A stretch of 45,132 nucleotides of DNA. Source: an uncultured Bacilli bacterium. GTDB taxonomy: Bacteria > Bacillota_I > Bacilli_A > RF39 > UBA660. The position numbers were made by a program, and so were the translations under genes. Below the pieces are notes generated by a model that made no database searches, was not told where the DNA came from, and saw nothing but the letters and a program-made list of their open reading frames with translations. Each line of letters opens with the position of its first letter. Within the stretch, counting starts at the first letter, position 1. Location: NCBI GenBank assembly GCA_944332575.1, contig CALVKH010000001.1, positions 1 through 45,132 on the forward strand, read 5' to 3'. Shown in pieces: positions 19,401 to 27,840 of this stretch.

Positions 19401-20662
19401 ATGAAGAAATGAATTTAAATGGAATTTCTTACGGTACTAATGGGGTTGCAAATACTTTTACTAATCAGTCTTTAACAGATGAAGTAATAAAAGAAGAGCC
19501 ACCTAAAGTAGAAACTATCAATTCACCTAGAGAAATAGATGATATTAGTTCTAATGATAATTATTTAAGAAGTGATAGTCTATTTTCTAGTATTGACTTT
19601 GGACCTTTAAGAAAGTATTTGTCTGATGATAATATTACTGATATTTCATATAGTAATGGTGGACAAGTATGGTTAAAATCATTAGATAAAGGTGTATATA
19701 GATCGGATGAGACTGAAATAAATGATGCTTTAATTGAAAAAATAGCTTTTCAGTGTTCTAATGTAATGGGAAAAACTTTTAATATGGCTCATCCTTTTCT
19801 AGATAGTGAATCAGCAGAATTGAGAATGAATTTCGTTCATGATTCTATTGCTAGGAATGGAATTGCAGCAGTATTTCGTAAGACTCCTGCTAAAATTAGA
19901 TTAGAGAAAGAAAAATTATTGTCAGATAGATATGTTACATTAAATATTCACGAATTTTTAATGCGTGCAGTAACTGGACATTGTAATATCATTGTAAGTG
20001 GAGAAACTGGTTCTGGTAAAACAGAGCTGGTTAAATATCTAGCTGCACATACTGCTGAAAATGAAAAAATTATAACTATAGAAGATACATTAGAATTACA
20101 CTTAGATAGAATATTTCCACATCGTGATATCGTTGCAATGAAAACAAATAATATTGCATCTTATTCTGATGTATTGGTTACTTGTATGAGACAAAATCCT
20201 AAGTGGATTTTATTATCAGAGGTTCGTAGTGCTGAAGCAGTAACAGCTGTTCGTAACTCCATTTCTTCTGGACATAATATTTTATCCACAATTCATGCGG
20301 ATAAAGCAGAAAGCATTCCTAATCGTATGTATAGTTTGTTGGAAACTAATATCGATGTAGATCAATTTTTAAAAACGATTCATCGTTATGTTCAATTAGG
20401 AATAAATGTTCGTGGACGATATGATCCTAAAGAAAAACGCTTTAGAAGAGAAATTACTGAAGTAACGGAATTTTTCGTCGATGATAATAATGAAGCTGGG
20501 CATAATACTATTTATCGTAAAACCGTAAATGGTGCTGAAACATATAACAAACCTTCTAAATATTTAAAAGAGTATCTTGAAGGGCAAGGGGTTTTTGTTG
20601 ATGACCTGTTTGATAATGTTAATAATCAAACAGTAAAATCAACAGTTGAAGAATTAATTTAA
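19397..20662 (+). CDS. Secretion ATPase of the CpaF/TadA (VirB11-related) family
   Basis: ATGA overlap with the upstream gene. Walker A 'SGETGSGKTE', Asp box 'ITIEDTLEL', 'RQNPKWILLSEVRSAEA', and His box 'LSTIHADKA'. Confidence 0.9.
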   Translation: MNEEMNLNGISYGTNGVANTFTNQSLTDEVIKEEPPKVETINSPREIDDISSNDNYLRSDSLFSSIDFGPLRKYLSDDNITDISYSNGGQVWLKSLDKGVYRSDETEINDALIEKIAFQCSNVMGKTFNMAHPFLDSESAELRMNFVHDSIARNGIAAVFRKTPAKIRLEKEKLLSDRYVTLNIHEFLMRAVTGHCNIIVSGETGSGKTELVKYLAAHTAENEKIITIEDTLELHLDRIFPHRDIVAMKTNNIASYSDVLVTCMRQNPKWILLSEVRSAEAVTAVRNSISSGHNILSTIHADKAESIPNRMYSLLETNIDVDQFLKTIHRYVQLGINVRGRYDPKEKRFRREITEVTEFFVDDNNEAGHNTIYRKTVNGAETYNKPSKYLKEYLEGQGVFVDDLFDNVNNQTVKSTVEELI

Positions 20663-20683
20663 AAAGAGAGATGGTGATAATAT

Positions 20684-21577
20684 ATGGAGATTATTATAAT
20701 TGCAGTTTTATTTATCTTTGTAGTAGTATATCGCGTAAAACAAGGAGAATCTCTATATAAATTTGTTGTTAATCAAACTAGTAATATTTACAATAAATAT
20801 GCACCATATTCATTTAAAGTTGTAAGAGAAAAGGTAAAGGAATTAGGACAAGAATATACACCTAAGCAATATTTGATTCAATTAGTTACTTTTGCTGGGG
20901 GAGGATTTCTAATTTCCTATTTGTATTTTTATAATCCTATTATTTCTATTGTTTATACTTTGTTAGTTGTAGCAATTATTCCGTACCTTACTTATTTAAG
21001 ATGTAAAAGAATATATAGTGAGTTTATTTTTGAACAGATACAAGTATATGTAACTAATACTATTATGGAGTTTCAAACTACTCAAAGCTTTGTTAAAGCA
21101 CTAGAAGGAGTTTATACATCAGGGGTACTACAAGATCCTGTTGCATCTGATGTTAAAATGATGATTGATTTAGCTTATCAAAATGGCGATGTTGATAAAT
21201 CCATTGAATATATGAATTCTAAATATAATTTTTATATGACAAGAAACATGCATCAATTATTTTTGCAGATCACTAAAGAAGGATCAAGAGATACAACCGA
21301 GGTATTAGAAAACATGCTTCAAGATATTGATATGCTTGTTGAAGGTGTATATAGAGATAGAGTTGATAGGCAAACTTTTCACAAACAATTTGTTCAATAT
21401 GGAATAATGCTATATTTGTTAGTAATGTTAGTGCAATATTTATTGGGAGTAGATACCTATCTGCAATTATTAAGTGAACCGTTTGTAAATGTTTGCTTGC
21501 ATATAATCGTGTTATTTAATAGTTATTTTCTTCTATCAGGAGAAAAATATTATAACGAGAATGTAGGTGCTGAATAA
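20684..21577 (+). CDS. TadB-like platform protein (T2SS-F domain)
   Basis: N-terminal TM, a helical cytoplasmic domain and C-terminal TMs. About 300 aa, immediately downstream of the ATPase. Confidence 0.65.
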   Translation: MEIIIIAVLFIFVVVYRVKQGESLYKFVVNQTSNIYNKYAPYSFKVVREKVKELGQEYTPKQYLIQLVTFAGGGFLISYLYFYNPIISIVYTLLVVAIIPYLTYLRCKRIYSEFIFEQIQVYVTNTIMEFQTTQSFVKALEGVYTSGVLQDPVASDVKMMIDLAYQNGDVDKSIEYMNSKYNFYMTRNMHQLFLQITKEGSRDTTEVLENMLQDIDMLVEGVYRDRVDRQTFHKQFVQYGIMLYLLVMLVQYLLGVDTYLQLLSEPFVNVCLHIIVLFNSYFLLSGEKYYNENVGAE

Positions 21578-22359
21578 TGGAAATATTTATAGTTGCTATT
21601 ATCATTCTGTTTGTATTGATTTATACTAGAAGAGTAGATACTAAAACGTTTATAGCTGAAAATGATATATATTTAAAAAGTTTAAAAGAAAAAGATTATG
21701 ATTTCTATGTTAGTGCTAAATATGGGGATAAAGTTGATCCTAATCAATTGTTTATGAAAAGATTGCAACTTACTTTTATTGGAATTTTGTTTGTTACCAT
21801 TCTTTTCATTACCAATATGAGTTTTATCAATTTTATTGCTATCATTTTAGTAGCATTTCTAATATTTAAATCTCAATATATGTCTTTAAAGAAATACTAT
21901 AAAAAATATATGCATGAGATCGATCAAATGCTCCCTTATTATTTAAAAAGCTTAGAGATTTTATGCCAAAACTATACTGTACCAGTAGCTATCTCTAGAT
22001 CGATTGATGATGCTCCGGATATATTTAAACCAGGTCTTAAAGATATGATAGCAAGAATTGATGCTGGAGACTCAACCATTAAACCGTATATGGATTTTGC
22101 TATAAAATATCCAGTTAGAGATTCTATGAGAATGATGAGATTACTTTATAGATTAAGTTTAGGAGCTCAAGAAAATAAATATCAACAATTATTGATGTTT
22201 TCTAAATCTGTATCTAACTTACAAAATAAAGCAAGAGAAGTAAAATATAAAAATAGATTATCTAATATGGAAAGACGTACAATGCTTATGTTAATAGTAA
22301 CAGGTGGTGGAACAATGGTAATTTTACTATTGTCAACTATGTTACTTTTTGGAATATAA
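21577..22359 (+). CDS. TadC-like platform protein (T2SS-F domain)
   Basis: 'LPYYLKSLEILCQNYTVPVAISRSI...LKDMIARIDAGDS...YMDFA' matches the GspF-domain pattern. Flanking TMs. Confidence 0.7.
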   Translation: MEIFIVAIIILFVLIYTRRVDTKTFIAENDIYLKSLKEKDYDFYVSAKYGDKVDPNQLFMKRLQLTFIGILFVTILFITNMSFINFIAIILVAFLIFKSQYMSLKKYYKKYMHEIDQMLPYYLKSLEILCQNYTVPVAISRSIDDAPDIFKPGLKDMIARIDAGDSTIKPYMDFAIKYPVRDSMRMMRLLYRLSLGAQENKYQQLLMFSKSVSNLQNKAREVKYKNRLSNMERRTMLMLIVTGGGTMVILLLSTMLLFGI

Positions 22360-22429
22360 ACTATTGATATAATTAATAGAATTGGATATAATTAATAATA
22401 TAGATAATAATGGAAAGGAGTTATTATAT

Positions 22430-22591
22430 ATGAAAGAAGCGACCGGAGAATTAAATATGACTTTAGTTACAATAATGGCAGTAGCAGCAATTTTGGCTTT
22501 TGTAACTTTATTTGTTCCACAAATATTGGATTCTATTCAAGATAGATGGGGATCAAATGATGAAACTGAAATTCCGATTACAAATGAATAA
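22430..22591 (+). CDS. Tiny pilin candidate (Flp-like class III signal peptide)
   Basis: Start refined to the ATG at 22430 (GGAAAGGAG RBS, 9-nt spacing). 53 aa reading 'MKEATG|ELNMTLVTIMAVAAILAFVTLFV' plus a short polar tail. The canonical G/xxxxEY motif is absent. Confidence 0.5.
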   Translation: MKEATGELNMTLVTIMAVAAILAFVTLFVPQILDSIQDRWGSNDETEIPITNE

Positions 22592-22623
22592 TTAATTATT
22601 TATATAAAAAGAGGTGATAAATA

Positions 22624-23013
22624 GTGAGAGAATCCGTTGGTGGAACTTTACTATTACAAATTGTATTAGTGTTTTTAACTGTATATATAGGATTTATGGC
22701 TATTGTCATCAATTATGGTAAGGTATTTAGATATAAAAATGCTATTATTAATAAAATAGAACAAAACGAAGGATATGGTACTTGTACTGATATAAAAGAT
22801 ATGATATCAGATGTTGGATATACTGGTAAATATAATATATCTCATGTTACTACCTCAAGAGGTGCAATTTATAAAGTACAAATTTATATTACATTCCAGC
22901 TTCCTCTTGTAAGAACGACAATAGAAATACCAGTAACAGGGGAAACTAGATTAATTGATACTGTATATGATAATTTGGATGAAGAAGGTACTTGTACACA
23001 AAAAGATTATTAG
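22624..23013 (+). CDS. TadE-like pseudopilin candidate
   Basis: GTG start with GAGGTG RBS. 'MRESVG|GTLLLQIVLVFLTVYIGFMAIVINYG', about 100 aa of soluble domain, 2 Cys. Confidence 0.45.
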   Translation: MRESVGGTLLLQIVLVFLTVYIGFMAIVINYGKVFRYKNAIINKIEQNEGYGTCTDIKDMISDVGYTGKYNISHVTTSRGAIYKVQIYITFQLPLVRTTIEIPVTGETRLIDTVYDNLDEEGTCTQKDY

Positions 23014-23024
23014 AAGGTGATTAT

Positions 23025-24005
23025 ATGAATGTTTTAATAACCAATCAACAAGAAAATATATTAGCAGGATTAAATGTCGAAATTATTAAAACTTTACGTG
23101 GTGAATATGATATTGAAGAAATTATTAATCAGTTTTCTAATTTTTTCTTTGGAAGAATGATCTTAGACATTACAGCAATGAAGGGTTTTAAAGATATTAC
23201 TACTTATCAAAAGTTATCCATTGGATTACCAGTTGATAAGATTATATTGCTTTTATCAACTGATAACGAAGTAAATAATCCCAATTTTATTTCTCAATTA
23301 ATATCATTAGGATTCTATAATTTTGGTAAGACTTTGGATGAAATATCTTATTTAATAGATCATCCTAATACTTATAAGGATGTAGCTCATTTACATCAAT
23401 TAGCACCAGTACCACCTACTCCTGTAGTAGTAGGTGGTGTTCAAGCGCCTACGCAAGCAGTAGCAACGGGACCTATGCAATCTGTTCCAGTAAGTAAAAT
23501 AATAGGTATTAAAAATGTTACTCAACATGCAGGTGCAACCACTTTGGTTTATTTGATGAAAAGAGAATTAGAAACTATTCATGGTGTTAGTGTTATGGCT
23601 ATTGAAGTGAATAAAAGAGAATTTATGTATTTCAATGATCCAAATTTAATTTCAGTTAATAAAAACGATTTAATGAATCAATTGTTAAAGGGTAGAAATT
23701 ATAATGTTGTATTAGTAGATTTAAACGATTGCGATGCTAACATGTGTGATGACATTCTTTATTTAGTAGAGCCTTCTATTTTAAAATTAAATAAATTATT
23801 AAAATTAGATGCAGATGCTTTTGATAGATTAAAAGGTCAAAAAGTAGTATTAAATAAAACGCTGGTTGCTGGTGGTAACATTGATACTTTTGAGTATGAG
23901 ACAGGGGTAAAAGTATTTGATGTTATAAAACCATTGGACGATAGATCCTCAAAACCAATGCTTACTGATTTTCTTGTAAAGCTTGGATTAATTAGTAAGA
24001 GATAA
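23025..24005 (+). CDS. TadZ/CpaE-like protein (receiver-like N-domain + degenerate ParA/MinD-type ATPase domain)
   Basis: Start refined to the ATG at 23025 (GAAGGTGA RBS). Pro-rich linker. 'IIGIKNVTQHAGATTLVYL' sits in place of the deviant Walker A, followed by 'VVLVDLND'. Confidence 0.5.
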   Translation: MNVLITNQQENILAGLNVEIIKTLRGEYDIEEIINQFSNFFFGRMILDITAMKGFKDITTYQKLSIGLPVDKIILLLSTDNEVNNPNFISQLISLGFYNFGKTLDEISYLIDHPNTYKDVAHLHQLAPVPPTPVVVGGVQAPTQAVATGPMQSVPVSKIIGIKNVTQHAGATTLVYLMKRELETIHGVSVMAIEVNKREFMYFNDPNLISVNKNDLMNQLLKGRNYNVVLVDLNDCDANMCDDILYLVEPSILKLNKLLKLDADAFDRLKGQKVVLNKTLVAGGNIDTFEYETGVKVFDVIKPLDDRSSKPMLTDFLVKLGLISKR

Positions 24006-24036
24006 TGTAAATATCTGTTAATTAATTTGAATATTA

Positions 24037-24065
24037 TTGACAATATTTGTAGAATAAAGTATTAT
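24037..24065 (+). promoter_or_regulatory. Strong sigma-A-type promoter, TTGACA-17-TATTAT
   Basis: Perfect -35, 17-nt spacer and a 5/6 -10, located 29 nt upstream of the 24094 ATG (AAGGAGG RBS). Confidence 0.55.
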
Positions 24066-24093
24066 TTAGTTAAGGAAAAAGGAGGAATTTAAT

Positions 24094-24429
24094 ATGTTAT
24101 TCATGGACACTTGTAGTGACTTAAGACCTGTAATTACATTTTTGAAAGGAATTTTAACAATTATTCAGTTTGCTATTCCTATTTTATTGATTATTATGGG
24201 AACAGTTGACTTAGGTAAAGCAGTTATGTCAAGTGACGATAAAGAAATTAAAGGAGCTACTAGTAAATTAATAAAAAGAGCTATAGCTGCAGTTGCAGTA
24301 TTCTTTGTACCATTACTTGTTAACTTATTAATCGGTATGGTTGCAAATAGTGGTGATTCCAATGCTAGTGATGCTGATAATTTCTGGACTTGTTGGAGTA
24401 GTAGCGATAAAGCTGGTTCTGGAGCATAA
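24094..24429 (+). CDS. VirB2/TrbC-like T4SS pilin-like protein (two-helix hairpin)
   Basis: 111 aa with two long hydrophobic helices separated by the loop 'KAVMSSDDKEIKGATSKLIKR'. This is the architecture of Firmicute/Mollicute T4SS pilin-like proteins. It sits upstream of VirB6/VirB3/VirB4-like genes. Confidence 0.6.
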   Translation: MLFMDTCSDLRPVITFLKGILTIIQFAIPILLIIMGTVDLGKAVMSSDDKEIKGATSKLIKRAIAAVAVFFVPLLVNLLIGMVANSGDSNASDADNFWTCWSSSDKAGSGA

Positions 24430-24437
24430 AAAATATA

Positions 24438-24468
24438 ACAAATATAGAAAATATATTTGTTTTTTTTT
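24438..24468 (+). terminator. Rho-independent terminator after the pilin-like gene
   Basis: ACAAATATA / TATATTTGT stem followed by T8. Confidence 0.55.
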
Positions 24469-24517
24469 ATTCAATTTGATATAATTTTCTTGAGTATGAA
24501 ATAAAGGTGGAGAGTTT

Positions 24518-25624
24518 ATGAAGTTAAACAAAAAAATGATTATTATGATGGCATCAGTAGTGGGAGTTATTGTTGTTTTGATTATAGTTTTATTACTTTT
24601 TGCAAGTGGAGGTAGTAAAAATTTAAGTTACAGCGAAATAGAGGAGAGAATTGTAACTAGTGGTAAATCATATTATGAAGATAATGAAGATAAATTACCA
24701 ACTGAGGGAGATGTTGAATTAAATATAAGTACTTTAGTATCTGAAGGATATATGAATGAATTATCAACTTATACAGATAATGGAGACAGTTGTAGTGGTA
24801 AATTAATTGTAACTAAAACTCCAAATGATTATTCATATTATGCTTATTTGGATTGCGGTAATGAATATACAACTAGTTTATTTAGTGAATACTTAAAAAA
24901 AGATGTTGTTACTAATGGTCCGGGACTTTATGAAATGGAACAAGTAGTACCTGGTAGTGATGAAACTTCATCTGTATATATATATCGAGGGGATAATGTC
25001 AATAATTATATAAAAGTTGGTGATTATCTTTGGCAAGTAGTAAAGATTTTGGATAACGGGGAGATTGTAGCATTAGGAGATTCCTCTTTATTAAGAGCAA
25101 CATGGGATGATAGATATAATATAGATACTAATTATTATAATGGTATTAATGACTATGAAATTAGTCGTATTAGGGAGTTCATAAATTCAGATGTTATTGA
25201 ACCAACAGATATGTTTGTCAATATTAAAGGATTGATTACTCCACATACAGCATGTGTTGCTAATCGTACAAAAGATGATACATCACGTGATGGTAGTACC
25301 GAATGTTCAAAAACTTTAGAAAATGAATATTTTAGTTTATTACCCGTATATGATTATATGAATGCTAGTTTAGATGAAAATTGTCAAAAAGCACTGAATG
25401 ATTCATGTTCAAATTATAATTATTTAAGTTCATCTAGTGATAGTAGTTGGTGGTTAGCAACTGGTGTAGGAGATGATACAGAGAGTGTTTATTATGTAGA
25501 TGGTAAAATAGAAACTAGTTACGGAAGTTATAATAGAAGTGGTAGATTAATGGTTCATTTAAATAAATATGTTTCATATGTATCTGGTAGTGGAACAGTA
25601 GATGATCCATACGTAATAAAATAA
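24518..25624 (+). CDS. Membrane-anchored extracellular protein, pilin-headgroup-like N-module, C-terminal 'G.GT..DPYVI' signature
   Basis: GGTGGAG RBS and an N-terminal TM. 'SGKSYYEDNEDKLP...CSGKLIVTK...YYAYLDC' resembles Firmicute type IV pilin globular domains (from memory). 6 Cys. C-terminus reads 'SGSGTVDDPYVIK'. Confidence 0.55.
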   Translation: MKLNKKMIIMMASVVGVIVVLIIVLLLFASGGSKNLSYSEIEERIVTSGKSYYEDNEDKLPTEGDVELNISTLVSEGYMNELSTYTDNGDSCSGKLIVTKTPNDYSYYAYLDCGNEYTTSLFSEYLKKDVVTNGPGLYEMEQVVPGSDETSSVYIYRGDNVNNYIKVGDYLWQVVKILDNGEIVALGDSSLLRATWDDRYNIDTNYYNGINDYEISRIREFINSDVIEPTDMFVNIKGLITPHTACVANRTKDDTSRDGSTECSKTLENEYFSLLPVYDYMNASLDENCQKALNDSCSNYNYLSSSSDSSWWLATGVGDDTESVYYVDGKIETSYGSYNRSGRLMVHLNKYVSYVSGSGTVDDPYVIK

Positions 25625-25632
25625 ATAATAAA

Positions 25633-25666
25633 AATAATAACAAAATGTTTTGTTATTATTTTTTTT
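25633..25666 (+). terminator. AT-rich rho-independent terminator candidate
   Basis: AATAATAACAAAA / TTTTGTTATTATT 13-bp stem followed by a T-run. Confidence 0.45.
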
Positions 25667-25667
25667 G

Positions 25668-25676
25668 TGATATAAT
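25668..25676 (+). promoter_or_regulatory. Extended -10 promoter candidate (TGaTATAAT) for the T4SS operon
   Basis: TG-n-TATAAT directly after the terminator. Poor -35. 126 nt upstream of the 25803 ATG. Confidence 0.3.
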
Positions 25677-25802
25677 ATCTTTGATTAATCGCATCTATGT
25701 AATAATTTAAATGTGATTGAATTTATAGAGATGTATTTTATTAATTTAATTATAATAGTTTCTAAATTGGTTAATAAATATCAAAAGTGAGGAGTAGATA
25801 TT

Positions 25803-27479
25803 ATGCTTACATGGATTCAAACTCAAATAAGAGGGTTGTTTGCTGGTATTAATTATTGTATCTATTCTCTGATCGAATGGATTATGTATGGAATATTCGA
25901 TATAGCATCATTAGAAATTAATTCTGGTTTATTAAATGATATATATACTAGGATCTACGCTTTTTTAGGCGTATTTATGGTTTTTAAAATCACAATATCT
26001 TTATTAAGATATGTAGCAGATCCTGATAGTATGGTTGATAAACAAAAAGGTGTGGGAAAATTAGCTACTAATACAGTGGTTATGCTATGCTTATTACTAG
26101 TTTTACCTAGAGGTTTTTCTTTATTAAGAGAAGCGCAGCATACGTTTTTACCACTTCTTCCTTATGTTGTTTTAGGAGAATCTATTGATAGTGATGAATA
26201 TGCAGAGAATAGTGCAGAAGTTATGACTCTTGCAGCTTTGAGAGCTTTTTATTCGCCGTGCAGTAGTTGTAGTGAGGCTGATAGACCTGATCCAATTTCG
26301 TCAGTCGACGATATGATGAATACGTATGGTGATAGAGTTAATGGACAATGGGCATATGATTTTAACTATATTTGGGCGCTTGTTGTTGGCGGTTTTATGG
26401 CAATATTACTTTTAGTTATAACTGTCAAAATAGGAATAAGGATGATTAAAATGTTTGTGTTAGAAATGATAGCTCCTGTACCTGTTATGAGTTATATTGA
26501 TCCTAAATCTGCTAAGGATGGAGCCTTTGCTTCTTGGCTTAAACAATTAATATCAACATTTTTTGATTTATTTATAAGGTTAGGAGTCGTTTATATAGTT
26601 GTAATGCTAATAAAGGCTTTATCTGAAGGTAGGTTAGTGGATATGTCAAGTATTACTGATCCAGTTAGACTTAGATATATAGAGATCTTATTAATAATAG
26701 CGTTATTAATGTTTGCTAAGGATGCCCCTAACTTTATTAAAGATGCCTTTGGAATTAAACATGATAAAGATACCAGTGGTGTATTAGCTGGTTTTGGAAG
26801 TGGAGCTCTTGGATTTGGAACTGGGCTTATATCAGGTGCTATATCAGGGCGAGGCATACGTGGTGCATGGACTGGAGCTGTGACTGGGGCAAGTGTTGGA
26901 TTTCAAAGTGGCTTAGCAGGAAAGAAGTCAAATGCTTGGCAAGCAGCTGGTGATGCATCACTTCAAGCAAGAACTGCCGATCCACATGCTAAGAGCGGTG
27001 TATTAGCTGCACTTCAAGCTAGTGCTACTAAATCTCAATTATCTAGAGAAGCAAGAAAGTTGAATTTAACAGATGATACATTAAAAGAAGCTAAAGAAAA
27101 TATGATTTATATGCAAGGTCTTGCCGCAAAAGCTGAGGATAATTTAAGATATGGCGAGTCTACAGGTATCTTTAGAGATTTGGAAGGTCATATTCTTGAA
27201 GATGATGAAAATGGTACAGCATATGAAAAAGCACAGAGAATTAAAGATACTGCAGCTAGTCAGTCAACTATTGCTACTAAGAACTATGAAAAAGCTAACA
27301 AAGCAGGAGATTCATATAAAATTAATAGAAGCTTTTCTGAAGACTTCAAGAAAGATAAGAAAGATGCCAAAGTTGACTTTAAACGTGGTAAGTCTACTAA
27401 ATCACAATATCAGGCTACAGGTAGATTTAATCCTAATAAAGGCGTAAAAACAGAAAAAGAAATAGATAGAAGTTCATAG
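25803..27479 (+). CDS. VirB6/TrbL-like polytopic T4SS channel protein with a Gly-rich segment and a charged C-terminal tail
   Basis: Six or more TM helices. 'MFVLEMIAPVPVMSYIDPK...WLKQLISTFFDLF' fits the TrbL/VirB6 (ConG/Orf15-like) pattern. 'GFGSGALGFGTGLISGAISGRG' repeat, then about 190 hydrophilic residues. Confidence 0.7.
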   Translation: MLTWIQTQIRGLFAGINYCIYSLIEWIMYGIFDIASLEINSGLLNDIYTRIYAFLGVFMVFKITISLLRYVADPDSMVDKQKGVGKLATNTVVMLCLLLVLPRGFSLLREAQHTFLPLLPYVVLGESIDSDEYAENSAEVMTLAALRAFYSPCSSCSEADRPDPISSVDDMMNTYGDRVNGQWAYDFNYIWALVVGGFMAILLLVITVKIGIRMIKMFVLEMIAPVPVMSYIDPKSAKDGAFASWLKQLISTFFDLFIRLGVVYIVVMLIKALSEGRLVDMSSITDPVRLRYIEILLIIALLMFAKDAPNFIKDAFGIKHDKDTSGVLAGFGSGALGFGTGLISGAISGRGIRGAWTGAVTGASVGFQSGLAGKKSNAWQAAGDASLQARTADPHAKSGVLAALQASATKSQLSREARKLNLTDDTLKEAKENMIYMQGLAAKAEDNLRYGESTGIFRDLEGHILEDDENGTAYEKAQRIKDTAASQSTIATKNYEKANKAGDSYKINRSFSEDFKKDKKDAKVDFKRGKSTKSQYQATGRFNPNKGVKTEKEIDRSS

Positions 27480-27501
27480 AATAAAAGGAGAGTGATATAT
27501 A

Positions 27502-27840
27502 GTGGAAAACAATAATAATTATTTAATTCCTGCTAATTCTAATAGAGGAAAATTAATCTTAGGATTCTTTAGAGGAATTGACTTAGCGATATTTGGAACA
27601 GGTGCTGCTATTACTTTGATTTTAATAATTGCTTTTCAAGGAATGATGACAAATTGGTTAGTAGCAATTGGAGTTTTAGCTCCTGTAGCTCTTACAGGAT
27701 TTCTAGTAATTCCAGTTCCTCATCAGCATAATGTATTAGTGTTTTTAACAAATGTCTATAAGTATTTCTTTGTTAATAGACAAAGATATTATTGGAAAGG
27801 TTGGTGTAATAATTATGGCGAAGAAACAAGTAAACAGTAG
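27502..27840 (+). CDS. PrgI/TcpE-like small membrane protein (VirB3 analogue)
   Basis: GTG start with AAGGAGAG RBS. 112 aa with two TMs. 'IPANSNRGKLILGFFRGIDLAIF' is typical of PrgI-family proteins placed just before VirB4. Confidence 0.6.
   Translation: MENNNNYLIPANSNRGKLILGFFRGIDLAIFGTGAAITLILIIAFQGMMTNWLVAIGVLAPVALTGFLVIPVPHQHNVLVFLTNVYKYFFVNRQRYYWKGWCNNYGEETSKQ

Noticed and set aside
25681-25760. Possible oriT-like inverted repeats or additional promoters in the 178-nt gap before the T4SS operon (e.g. CATCTAT / ATAGAGATG, TTGAAT...ATTAAT).
   Set aside because: The matches are short, imperfect and expected by chance in DNA this AT-rich. Without a relaxase or a nick-site consensus to anchor them, they are not supportable.
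27151-27447. 98-aa same-strand ORF in an alternative frame inside the VirB6-like gene.
   Set aside because: It lies wholly within the hydrophilic tail-coding part of 25803..27479. It has no RBS and its K/L-rich sequence looks like a frame artefact of a lysine/glutamate-rich coding region.
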